In this document: piece by piece, positions 18,406 through 27,090 of the stretch | How the letters are laid out: each line of letters starts with the position of its first letter | Position numbering within the stretch: position 1 is the stretch's first letter | From: Actinomycetes bacterium | Lineage (GTDB): Bacteria > Actinomycetota > Actinomycetes > Actinomycetales > Microbacteriaceae | Reading direction: 5' to 3' | Length of the DNA stretch: 34,396 nt | Assembly: GCA_030425055.1 (NCBI GenBank) | Contig: JAUHVN010000001.1 | Coordinates: 1-34,396, forward strand | Translations under genes and position numbers: made by a program | The notes under the pieces: generated by a model | The model's database searches: none | What the model was told of the DNA's origin: nothing | The model's input: only the letters and a program-made list of their open reading frames with translations

Positions 18406-18443
18406 CGAAGCCGCGGAACCGGTGACCCGGCCCCGCGGCTTCG
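18406..18443. terminator. Bidirectional hairpin between convergent genes
   Basis: CGAAGCCGCGG (18406-18416) and CCGCGGCTTCG (18433-18443) form an 11-bp perfect stem between the stops at 18398 and 18453. Confidence 0.7.
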
Positions 18444-18452
18444 AACGGCGCG

Positions 18453-19559
18453 TCAGGGGCGCGCCTCGAGCACCCGGTGGAGGGGTGTCTCGGCCACGCT
18501 CGCGAAGCGCGAGAATCCGCCGGCCTCGGCGACGTCGCCGATGCGAGCCGGCCCCGCCTGCGTGCCGAGCGCCAGGCCGACGTCCTGCGAGAGCGACGAC
18601 GGCGTGCACACCAGCGTCGAGAAGCCGTAGTAGACCCGCCCGACCGGGTTGAAGTTGTCTTCGACGTGGTCGCCGGCCATCGGCTCGACGATCATCCAGG
18701 TGCCGTCGTCGGCGAGCACGCTGCGCACGTGGTGCGCGGCACCCACGGGGTCGCCCATGTCGTGCAGGCAGTCGAACATCGCGACCAGGTCGTAGCCCTC
18801 GCCGCCGAACGAGTCGGCCGTCGCCACCTCGAAGCGCACGCGGTCGGCCACGCCCGCCTCGATCGCACGGGCACGCGCGGCCTCGATCGAGCCGACATGG
18901 TAGTCGAAGCCGACGAACGTCGAGTTCGGGAACGCCTGCGCGAGCAGGATCGTCGATGCGCCGTACCCGCACCCCACATCGGCGACGCGTGCGCCGTCGC
19001 GCAGCTTCTGCTCGACGCCGTCGAGCGCGGGGATCCACGCCTCGACGAGGCTCGCCAGGTAGGCGGGACGGAAGAACCGCTCGCAGCCGTCGTGCAGGTC
19101 GGAGTCGTGCTCGTGCCACCCGAAGCCGGCGCCGCTGCGGGCGGCGTCGATGATGTGCGAGGTGGCCTGCACGGTGCCGAGCGCCGTCTGGAACAGACCG
19201 GGCAGGAAGGCGGGGCTCTCGGCGTCGGTGAGCGCGATCGCGTACTCGGGCGCCAGGGCGTAGCGCTTGGTCGACGGGTCATAGGTGAGGTAGTCGCCCG
19301 CGGCCTGGGCGTTCAGCCACTCCCTCGCGTAGGGCTGCGCGGTGTCGGTCGCGAGCGACAGCTCGCCGGGGGTGATCGGACCGTGCTCGGCGATCGCCCG
19401 GTAGTAGCCGAGCTTGTCGCCGAGCACGACGAGCGCCGTGTTGAGGGTGGCGCCGACCTCGCCCACCGCGCGGTGGACGAAGTCCATCAGCTTGTCGGGG
19501 TAGATCGGGGCCGGCTCGGCGATGGGAGCGGCGGTCGTCGGTTCTGCGGTGATGGTCAT
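18453..19559 (-). CDS. Class I SAM-dependent methyltransferase with an N-terminal winged helix (Rv2258c-like), 368 aa
   Basis: LGDKLGYY...YAREWLNAQAAG wHTH part; VADVGCGYG motif I; FDCLHDMGDP; CTPSSL, ALGTQAG; RBS AAGGAG before ATG 19559. Confidence 0.92.
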   Translation of the reverse strand: MTITAEPTTAAPIAEPAPIYPDKLMDFVHRAVGEVGATLNTALVVLGDKLGYYRAIAEHGPITPGELSLATDTAQPYAREWLNAQAAGDYLTYDPSTKRYALAPEYAIALTDAESPAFLPGLFQTALGTVQATSHIIDAARSGAGFGWHEHDSDLHDGCERFFRPAYLASLVEAWIPALDGVEQKLRDGARVADVGCGYGASTILLAQAFPNSTFVGFDYHVGSIEAARARAIEAGVADRVRFEVATADSFGGEGYDLVAMFDCLHDMGDPVGAAHHVRSVLADDGTWMIVEPMAGDHVEDNFNPVGRVYYGFSTLVCTPSSLSQDVGLALGTQAGPARIGDVAEAGGFSRFASVAETPLHRVLEARP

Positions 19560-19623
19560 GGTTGTCTCCTTGTTCGATGAAGCGTTCGGATGCTCCGACG
19601 CTAGGAATCCGCACCGGGTCCAC

Positions 19624-19645
19624 GCATCAGGGGCCACCCCCTAGT
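19624..19645 (-). promoter_or_regulatory. Putative LAL-regulator binding box, copy 1 (methyltransferase promoter)
   Basis: Minus strand ACTAGGGGGTGGCCCCTGATGC, 20 bp upstream of -10 TAGCGT (19603-19598); 19/22 identical to 24563-24584. Confidence 0.75.
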
Positions 19646-19670
19646 CCTCGCCGCCCCCTACACTCGGGGC

Positions 19671-22409
19671 ATGCTCGTGGGTCGCGAGGCTGAGCAGCAG
19701 GCGATCGGAAGCCTGGTCGCCGCAGCGCGCCTGGGCACCAGCGGAGTGCTGGCGGTCACGGGCGAGGCCGGCGTCGGGAAGACGGCGCTGATCACCTCGA
19801 CGATCGACGACCTCGGCGAGATGCGCGTCCTGCGGGCGACCGGCGTCGAGGCCGAACGTGAGATCCCGTTCGCGACGCTGCTGCAGCTGTTGCGGCCCGC
19901 ACTCGACCTGCTCGACGCGCTGCCGCCCGCCCAGGCCGACGTGCTGGCGGCGGCGCTCGCGCTGCCGCGGTCGGCGGGGGCGCCGCCGCCGACCGATCGC
20001 TTCACCGTGGGAGCGGCCGTGCTGAGCCTCATATGCCGTTACGCGGATGAAGCCCCGGTGGCGGTGGTGGTCGACGATCTGCACCTCGCCGACGCGCCGT
20101 CCGTCGAGGCCCTCGTGTTCGCGGCCCGCCGTCTCGGCGCCGATCCGGTCGCGGTCATCCTCGGCATCCGGATGCCCGAGGGCGAGGGCCTCGTCGCCGA
20201 TCTGCCCGCGTTGCGCCTCAGCGGGGTCGGCCTCGACGACGCGCGCACCCTGCTCGCCGCGAGCCGGGTGATGACGGACGACCAGGTGCGTCTTCTGCAT
20301 CGCGCGACCGACGGCAACCCGCTCGCCCTTCTCGAACTCGGTGCCGGCGATCGCGACGTCATCGACAGCCTCGAGAGCGGCCTTCCGCTCCGGGTGCCCG
20401 CAGCGCTCGCCGACGCCTTCGGCCGCCGACTGGCCGACCTCGACGACGAGTGCCGCACGGTGCTGCTCGCGGCGGCGGTGTGCGGCGGCGACCTGGGCGT
20501 CGTGGCGGCTGCGTGCGCGCGTCTCGGAGTGGATGCCGGCCGTCTCACCGAGGCGGAGGAGCACGGGCTGGTCAGTCTCGCGGGAGGACGGCTCGAGTTC
20601 CGGCATCCGCTGCTTCGGGCCGCGGCGTACTCCGCCGCATCGGCGCCCGCACGGCGTGCCGCCCACCGCGCCGCGGCCGAGGTGCTGACCGAAGCCGAAG
20701 CCGACCGGCGCGCGTGGCACCTCGCCGAGTCGGTGTGGCAGCCCGACGAGGCGATCGCCGCGCTTCTTGCCGATGCGGGCGAACGAGCTGTCGCCCGGGC
20801 GGCGTACGCGGTGGCGGCTGCCGCGTACGAGCGCGCGGCGCAGTTGACGCCGGCAGCCGACGCTCGGGGCGCCCGCGCACTGCGTGCGGCCGAGCTGGCG
20901 TGGGCCGCCGGCGACGGGGCCTGGGCGCTCTCGCTGCTCGAAGACCCGCCGACCTCGGCGTCCGATCCTGTCGCGTCGACGCCCGAGGCGATGAGCCTGC
21001 GCGCCTCTGTGGCCGCGCACACCGGATCGCTGCGTGACGCGGTCGCGCTGTACGAAGCGGCCGCCGCGAGCGCCCACGGGGTCGACGACACCGCCGTCGC
21101 GCTCGCCGACGCCGTGCACACCACGTTCTACCTGGGCGACGCGCGCCGGGCCGCTTCTCTCGCCGCCCGACTGGCAGACCTGACGCCCCGGGTCGGCGGC
21201 GTGCGCCAGCGCGCGGTCGCGCTGATGGCGACCGGTATCGCCGGGGTGCTCGCCGGTCGGGGTGGGATCGACGACATCCGCGAGGCGGCGGCGATCTTCG
21301 AGAACGACCCCGACGTGCGCGCCGAGCCGCGCCGGCTGTCCTGGCTGATGGTCGCGCCGCTCTTCCTGCGCGACGCGACGAGCGGCGATCGGCTGAGGGC
21401 GCTCACGCAGGAGGTGAGGGATGCCGCCGGCATCGGTGCGCTGCCCGCACTGCTCTTCCACGTCGCCCTCGATGAGGCGACCACTGCCGAGTACACGCGC
21501 GGTGAGGCGAACTTCGCCGAGGCGGTGCGGCTCGCCCGCGAGACGGGTCAGACCACCGAACTCGCGATGGCGCTGGCGGGCTCGAGCCGGCTCGAGGCGC
21601 GGATGGGCCGCGCCGAGGACTGCCGCGCGCACGCCGATGAGGCGCGCGCTCTCTGCCGCGCACGAGACATCCACATCGGCGAGGCGTGGCTCGAGTATGC
21701 GGAAGGCGACCTCGCGCTCTCGCAGGGCGACACCGAGCAGGCCGTCGACCGTTTCAGCGCCCTCCTGTCGCTCCTCGACGAGCACGGCCTCAACGACCCC
21801 GACCTCTCACCGGCACCCGAGCTCGTCGACGCGCTCATGCGCACGGGCCGCGACGAGCGGGCTCGGCGCGTGGCATCCGAGTTCTCGGTCTCGGCCGAGA
21901 GGAAGGGTCGGCCGTGGGCGCGCGCGCGAGCCGATCGTGCGCAGGGCCTCGCCGCTTCGGACGAGCAGGTCGACCGGTGGTTCGCGTCGGCGCTCGCGCT
22001 CCATGCGCAGACGTCGGACGACTTCGAAGCAGCCCGCACGCACTTGGCTTTCGGCGAACGTCTGCGCCGCGCGCGCCGTCATGTCGATGCGCGCGAGCCG
22101 CTTCGCGAGGCGCACGAGAGGTTCGTGCGCCTCGGGTGCGCGGTGTGGGTGGACCGAGCCGCCGCCGAGCTCGCCGCGACGGGCGAGCGCGTGCGGGCCG
22201 CAGCGGCGAGCGCGACGTCGCTGCTCACGCCGCAGGAGCTGCAGGTGAGTCTGCTGCTGGTCGACGGTCGCACGACGCGCGAGGCGGCCGCGGCGCTATT
22301 CCTGAGTCCGAAGACGGTGGAGTACCACCTGCGCAAGGTGTACGTGAAGCTCGGCATCGGGTCGAGAGCCGAACTCGCCGAGCTGCTCTCCGGCGAGCGC
22401 GTGGCGTAG
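19671..22409 (+). CDS. Large ATP-binding LuxR-family (LAL) transcriptional regulator, 912 aa
   Basis: LVGREAE, Walker A GEAGVGKT, Walker B VVVDDLH, GNPLALLEL, FRHPL, C-terminal LuxR HTH (LTPQE...LFLSPKTVEYHLRKVY.KLGI); leaderless -10 TACACT at 19659-19664. Confidence 0.95.
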   Translation: MLVGREAEQQAIGSLVAAARLGTSGVLAVTGEAGVGKTALITSTIDDLGEMRVLRATGVEAEREIPFATLLQLLRPALDLLDALPPAQADVLAAALALPRSAGAPPPTDRFTVGAAVLSLICRYADEAPVAVVVDDLHLADAPSVEALVFAARRLGADPVAVILGIRMPEGEGLVADLPALRLSGVGLDDARTLLAASRVMTDDQVRLLHRATDGNPLALLELGAGDRDVIDSLESGLPLRVPAALADAFGRRLADLDDECRTVLLAAAVCGGDLGVVAAACARLGVDAGRLTEAEEHGLVSLAGGRLEFRHPLLRAAAYSAASAPARRAAHRAAAEVLTEAEADRRAWHLAESVWQPDEAIAALLADAGERAVARAAYAVAAAAYERAAQLTPAADARGARALRAAELAWAAGDGAWALSLLEDPPTSASDPVASTPEAMSLRASVAAHTGSLRDAVALYEAAAASAHGVDDTAVALADAVHTTFYLGDARRAASLAARLADLTPRVGGVRQRAVALMATGIAGVLAGRGGIDDIREAAAIFENDPDVRAEPRRLSWLMVAPLFLRDATSGDRLRALTQEVRDAAGIGALPALLFHVALDEATTAEYTRGEANFAEAVRLARETGQTTELAMALAGSSRLEARMGRAEDCRAHADEARALCRARDIHIGEAWLEYAEGDLALSQGDTEQAVDRFSALLSLLDEHGLNDPDLSPAPELVDALMRTGRDERARRVASEFSVSAERKGRPWARARADRAQGLAASDEQVDRWFASALALHAQTSDDFEAARTHLAFGERLRRARRHVDAREPLREAHERFVRLGCAVWVDRAAAELAATGERVRAAAASATSLLTPQELQVSLLLVDGRTTREAAAALFLSPKTVEYHLRKVYVKLGIGSRAELAELLSGERVA

Positions 22410-22415
22410 CCGCCG

Positions 22416-24530
22416 TCAGAGCAGTCGCGCCAGCAGGGCGGCCGCGCGCGCGGCGCCGTCGGTCTCGACGTCGCGGTAGTCCACGTCGCGGCCGATCTCA
22501 TCGGCCATCGCCGCGGCGAGCACGTCGGGCTCGAGGTCGTCGTACTCAATGAAGCGTCCGGCCCGATAGCGGTCGAGGCGCGCGCGCACATGGAACCGCT
22601 GCTCGAAGTGCTGCTGCAGCGGCACGTAGATGAAGGGAACCTTGGCCGCGGTGAGTTCCATCGTGGTCGTCAGCCCGCCCTGCACGATCGCGAGATCGCA
22701 CGCCGCGAGGTGGTGGTGCAGGTCGGGCACATACGCCCGGTACTCGACGCCGGGCACCTGCGGCAGCGCCGCAGGATCGATGCGAGGCCCCGTGACCACG
22801 ATCATCCGCAGCGAGTCGATCGCGCGGTGCGCGGCCGGTGCGGCGGCGACGATGCGCCGCAGCAGCGACATGCCCACCCCCGAGCCGCCGACGGCCGCGA
22901 TGCAGACCCGCTCGTCCGGGCGATAGCCGAGGCGCTCCCGCAGCTCGGCCTTCTCGCCGAGCGCGGTCGGATCGAAGCCGGTGATGTAGCCCGAGAAGTC
23001 GAAGTGCTCTTCGGTCCAGTCGCGGATGCGCGGCATCCCCGGTCCGAAGGCGTCGGGCACGATGTCGTCGGCCGAGCCCACGAAGACGGCGGCATCGCGG
23101 AGCCGCCCGTACCGGTCGACGTGCTCGATCATCTCGAGGTTGTAGTCGGCGGTCAGGCGCGCTTCGCGCTCGCCGCGCGACGGCATCGGCAGGTAGCCGA
23201 CGAAGTCGGTCATCCACGCCAGCGCGCCGCGCTTGAGCTGCGGGTTCTCGAAGAGGAAGTGATCGACCTCCCACGCCTCATCGGCGATGACCAGGTCGTA
23301 CTGACCGGTCGCGGCGACCTCGTCGAACACCATGAAGTTGCTCACCAGGATCTCGTCCATGTCGCGCAGCGCCTGGAAGACGGCGAGATCGTGGTCGCCG
23401 CTCTCGTCCTCGATGTGCGACGACTCGCTCGCGAGGGCACGGGATGCCGGATGCAGGCGCTCGCCCGCGGCATCCAGCATGCGCGTCACGGGATCCTGAG
23501 CGAGCCAGTCGATGTGGGCCGACGGATGCAGCGCCCGCAGCTCCTGTGCGATGGCGAGGTCGCGGCGAGCATGGCCGAGGCCGATCGGTGACGAGAGGTA
23601 GAGCACGCGCGGTTCGCGCCCGGGGGCGACCCACCAGGTTTCATCGAGACGGCGGGTGCGGAAGACGCGATCGGCGAAGTCGCGGATCGCGTGGTTGACG
23701 CGCACCGGGTAGCGCACCTGCGGCACGTGGCCGGCGGCGTCGAGCGCGAGCAGTTCGGCGCCCGGGATCATCCGCTGGATGAACTCGGCGTTCTCGAACG
23801 ACGTGATGTGGTCGTCGGTGCCGTGGATGAACAGCGCCGGACGGTCGAGCGCGGCCAGGCGACGGCCGACCTCTTCCTTGTCGTACTCGTACGTGTCGGT
23901 CAGCGTCCACGCCAGCACGTCGGGCCGCTGGTCGAGTCCCCACTCGACGAGGTCGTCGATCGCCTTCGTCGAGTGCGGATCGGACGCGACCTCCGACATG
24001 AAGAACTGCACGAAATCCGGCCAGTCGGCCTTCCAGTAGTCGTGGTCGAACTTGGCCCAGCCCGTCGGCCGAGGGTTCGCCACGGGGTCGTAGGGCACGT
24101 CGACCTCGCGTCCGGTGTGCTCGATCCGCCACGGGTGACTTCCACCGATCGACACGAGCCCGCGCACCCGATCGGGATGCATCGCGGCGAGGTTGACCGC
24201 CGTCTCGCCGCCCATCGAGAATCCGACGACGACCGCGGTATCGGTCGCGGTGGCGTCCATGACGGCGAGCGCGTCGGCCATCCGGTTGCCGAACGAGTAG
24301 CGCTCCGGTACGAGCGGTCGCGTCGAGCGGCCGGTACCGGCGGCGTCGTAGCTGACCACCCGGAAGTGCCGGGCGAGGTAGGGCAGCTGCATCTTCCACG
24401 CGCGCTCGTGGACGAACTCCCACGTGGGCAGCAGCAGGATCGTCGGGCCGGCCGCGCCGTACACGTCATAGCGGATCGTCGCGCCGGCGCGCTCGACCGT
24501 TCCTGATGACGTCGGTTCGGCGGCTCTCAT
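22416..24530 (-). CDS. Fusion of an alpha/beta-fold hydrolase (N) and a GT-B glycosyltransferase (C), 704 aa
   Basis: N-part: GFSMGG nucleophile, HGTDD, AGHVP. C-part: SSPIGLGHARRD, VGGSGVG, ACDLAIVQGGLTTTMEL, HFEQ. -10 TACGCT 7 nt before ATG 24530. Confidence 0.88.
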   Translation of the reverse strand: MRAAEPTSSGTVERAGATIRYDVYGAAGPTILLLPTWEFVHERAWKMQLPYLARHFRVVSYDAAGTGRSTRPLVPERYSFGNRMADALAVMDATATDTAVVVGFSMGGETAVNLAAMHPDRVRGLVSIGGSHPWRIEHTGREVDVPYDPVANPRPTGWAKFDHDYWKADWPDFVQFFMSEVASDPHSTKAIDDLVEWGLDQRPDVLAWTLTDTYEYDKEEVGRRLAALDRPALFIHGTDDHITSFENAEFIQRMIPGAELLALDAAGHVPQVRYPVRVNHAIRDFADRVFRTRRLDETWWVAPGREPRVLYLSSPIGLGHARRDLAIAQELRALHPSAHIDWLAQDPVTRMLDAAGERLHPASRALASESSHIEDESGDHDLAVFQALRDMDEILVSNFMVFDEVAATGQYDLVIADEAWEVDHFLFENPQLKRGALAWMTDFVGYLPMPSRGEREARLTADYNLEMIEHVDRYGRLRDAAVFVGSADDIVPDAFGPGMPRIRDWTEEHFDFSGYITGFDPTALGEKAELRERLGYRPDERVCIAAVGGSGVGMSLLRRIVAAAPAAHRAIDSLRMIVVTGPRIDPAALPQVPGVEYRAYVPDLHHHLAACDLAIVQGGLTTTMELTAAKVPFIYVPLQQHFEQRFHVRARLDRYRAGRFIEYDDLEPDVLAAAMADEIGRDVDYRDVETDGAARAAALLARLL

Positions 24531-24562
24531 GCAGGTGAGCGTAGAACCAACCGCCGCCGTCG

Positions 24563-24584
24563 GCATCAGGGGGGACGCCCTAGT
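24563..24584 (-). promoter_or_regulatory. Putative LAL-regulator binding box, copy 2 (hydrolase-glycosyltransferase promoter)
   Basis: Minus strand ACTAGGGCGTCCCCCCTGATGC, 19 bp upstream of -10 TACGCT (24543-24538). Confidence 0.75.
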
Positions 24585-25728
24585 GTCGGCTCGTCCCCGC
24601 GCGCACCTCCTGGAACGCTCCGATGAGCGGGAACATCGACGGGCCCATCTCGACCTGCGTGAGGAGCACCGCGTACGCACCGTCGAGGTCGAGCCAGAAG
24701 GTGGTGCCCAGGCCACCCGACCAGCCGAAACGGCCCTCGTGCGGGCCCGCTGTCGCGACCTCGCCGCCGAATCCCCAGCCGGTGTCGTTCCAGAAGCCGG
24801 GGAAGAAGCTGTCCGCCGTCTTCGCGGATGCCGGTGTCTGGTCGCACCTCATCATGGCGACGTGCTCGGGCGTCAGCATTCGTCGGCCGTCCGTCGTGAC
24901 GCCCTCTCCGGCGAGCATGCGAAGGAACCGTGCGTAGTCGGCCGCGGTCGAGACCAGCTCGGCGTGACTGACGTCGAAGGGCGGCTCGCCCGCGTAGAAG
25001 CCCCCGCCGCCCGGTTCGATCTCGCGCATGCCGTCGCCGGAATGGACGTACGCGGCGGGCAGTCGGTGCGCCTGTTCAGTGGGTGCCCAGAAGCCGGTGT
25101 CGACCATGCCGAGCGGCTCGAGGAGGTCCTCGCGCAGGTGCCGGTCGAGCGGCATCCCGGTCACGCGCGACAGCAGGACGCCGAGGATGCCGAACGACTG
25201 GTGGTACCGCCAGCCGTCGCCCGGCTGGAAGGCGAGCGGCACTTCGGCGAGGCGGGCGAGCCACTCGTCGGCGCCGAACGCGACGGGCTCGGGCCCCGCT
25301 TCGGTGCCGTTCGCCACCATCGCCTCGCGCAGCGGCGAGTCGACCATGATGCTGCCGTAGCCGCTGCCGTTGGTGAGCAGGTGGCGGACCGTGATGGGGC
25401 GGACAGCGACGACCGTGTCGGTGAGCTCGGCGCCGGGCGACGTCAGCACGCGACGATCGGCGAGTTCGGGAAGCCACCGCTCGACAGCGTCGTCGAGGCC
25501 GATCCGGCCGGCCTCGACGAGTCTGAGGGCGGCGACAGCGGTCACGGCCTTCGTCATCGACTGGATGCGGAAGATCGCGTCGGGCGGCATCGGCGTGCCG
25601 TCGAGCGACGTGCGTCCCATCGCGACGATGCGGGGTTCGTCCATGCTCGACCCGACGACGGCGACGGCACCCGGTACCGTGCCGTCGTCGATGAAGCGGG
25701 CCAGGAAGGCTTCGACCGGGGTGCTCAT
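24580..25728 (-). CDS. Beta-lactamase-related serine hydrolase (class C / esterase family VIII-like), 382 aa
   Basis: FRIQSMTK (SxxK), ITVRHLLT, LAFQPGDGWRY, PLGMVDTGF, FGWSGG; -10 CAGACT 6 nt before ATG 25728. Confidence 0.9.
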   Translation of the reverse strand: MSTPVEAFLARFIDDGTVPGAVAVVGSSMDEPRIVAMGRTSLDGTPMPPDAIFRIQSMTKAVTAVAALRLVEAGRIGLDDAVERWLPELADRRVLTSPGAELTDTVVAVRPITVRHLLTNGSGYGSIMVDSPLREAMVANGTEAGPEPVAFGADEWLARLAEVPLAFQPGDGWRYHQSFGILGVLLSRVTGMPLDRHLREDLLEPLGMVDTGFWAPTEQAHRLPAAYVHSGDGMREIEPGGGGFYAGEPPFDVSHAELVSTAADYARFLRMLAGEGVTTDGRRMLTPEHVAMMRCDQTPASAKTADSFFPGFWNDTGWGFGGEVATAGPHEGRFGWSGGLGTTFWLDLDGAYAVLLTQVEMGPSMFPLIGAFQEVRAGTSRH

Positions 25729-25808
25729 CGGGCGAGTCTGCCACGCGCGCCGGACACGCATGCCGGCCACGGATGCCGGGTGGCCGGGCGCTCGGCGAGA
25801 ATGGCGGC

Positions 25809-26846
25809 ATGCGCGCTCTGGTCTACGAATTGTTCCGTGGCGCCTGCGCGGTCCGCGAGGTCGACAAGCCGGTTGCGCCGCCGGGGGGCGTCGTGGTCGC
25901 CGTGCGCGCGACGGGGCTCTGCCGCAGCGATTGGCACGCGTGGGCGGGGCACGACGACATCGCCCTGCCGCACGTGCCCGGGCACGAGCTCGCCGGAGTC
26001 GTCGACTCCGTCGGCGAGGGGGTGGAGAGGTGGCATCCGGGCGACCGCGTCACCGTTCCGTTCGTGTGCGGATGCGGCCGGTGCGAATGGTGTGACGCCG
26101 GTGAGACCCAGGTCTGCCCCGATCAGGAGCAGCCGGGATTCACCCACTGGGGATCGTTCGCCGAGTACGTCGCCCTGCACGCGGCCGACACCAACCTCGT
26201 CGCGGTTCCCGAGTCGGTCGACTTCGCGAGCGCCGCGAGCCTCGGATGCCGCTTCGCCACGGCGTACCGCGCGCTCGTGCACCGTGCGCGCGTCTCCGCC
26301 GATGAATGGGTCACCGTCATCGGCGCGGGCGGGGTCGGACTCAGCGCCGTGATGATCGCGACGTCGCTCGGCGCGCGCGTGATCGCGGTCGACAGGAACC
26401 CGGCCGCGCTCGCCGTCGCGACGGATCTCGGGGCCGCACACGTGCTGCGCTCCGACGAGGTCGACGTGCCCGCTGCCGTCGCCGGACTCACCGGTGGGGG
26501 CGGGCACGTCTCCGTCGACGCGGTCGGAACCGAGCAGACGGCGGCCGACGGCATCCACAGCCTGCGCCGCCGCGGACGCCACGTGCAGATCGGACTTCTG
26601 CCGCCCGTCGAGGGGCATCCGCGCGTGCCGATGGACCGCGTGATCGCATGGGAGCTCGACCTGCTGGGCAGCCACGGGATGGCGGCAGGCGACTACGCCG
26701 AGATGCTCGCGTTGATCGAGTCCGGCGTGCTGGCGCCGCAGCGGCTCATCGAGCAGACCATCGGCCTCGAGGAGGCCGGAGCTCTGCTGCCCGTGCTCGA
26801 CTCGGCCGCGCCCGCGGGCATCACGGTGATCGATCCGGCTCGCTGA
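25809..26846 (+). CDS. Zinc-dependent alcohol dehydrogenase family protein, 345 aa
   Basis: GLCRSDWH, GHELAG, structural zinc CGCGRCEWC...C, GCRFATAY, GAGGVG; -10 GAGAAT 6 nt before ATG 25809. Confidence 0.93.
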   Translation: MRALVYELFRGACAVREVDKPVAPPGGVVVAVRATGLCRSDWHAWAGHDDIALPHVPGHELAGVVDSVGEGVERWHPGDRVTVPFVCGCGRCEWCDAGETQVCPDQEQPGFTHWGSFAEYVALHAADTNLVAVPESVDFASAASLGCRFATAYRALVHRARVSADEWVTVIGAGGVGLSAVMIATSLGARVIAVDRNPAALAVATDLGAAHVLRSDEVDVPAAVAGLTGGGGHVSVDAVGTEQTAADGIHSLRRRGRHVQIGLLPPVEGHPRVPMDRVIAWELDLLGSHGMAAGDYAEMLALIESGVLAPQRLIEQTIGLEEAGALLPVLDSAAPAGITVIDPAR

Positions 26847-26881
26847 CGACGGGACCGGACGCGAGACGATCGGCGAGCTGA

Positions 26882-27019
26882 CCCGCGCTCACCGAGTACC
26901 ACGAGTTCGAGGGACGCGACCACTGGACGTGCGGGGCTCCGGGTTGGGAGGCCGTGGCTGATCACGCACTGAAGTGGGCGCTGGCGCACGCGCGTCCGGT
27001 GGCGGCCGCGATCGCCTGA
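26882..27019 (+). pseudogene. Orphan 3' remnant of an alpha/beta hydrolase gene
   Basis: Translates to PALTEYHEFEGRDHWTCGAPGWEAVADHALKWALAHARPVAAAIA*, resembling a catalytic-His loop plus terminal helix; preceded in frame by TGA (26879-26881) with no start codon at its 5' end. Confidence 0.7.
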
Positions 27020-27090
27020 CGGTCGGCGCGGGACGGGGCGCGGACCCCCGGGGCCTTGCCGGCGTCGGGGGTCCGTGGTCAGCTGTGCGC

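Noticed and set aside
9314-25728. Calling the two SxxK hydrolases or the MBL-fold protein antibiotic-resistance beta-lactamases
   Set aside because: Fold motifs alone do not give substrate; none has an evident signal peptide, and most members of these families are esterases, peptidases or other hydrolases.
18453-26846. Resemblance to the M. tuberculosis Rv2257c-Rv2258c-mscR neighbourhood (serine hydrolase, methyltransferase, Zn-ADH)
   Set aside because: The ADH here has the GCRFATAY-type sequence and does not look like MscR, the genes are not adjacent in the same way, and I saw no LAL box before the hydrolase or ADH; probably coincidental.
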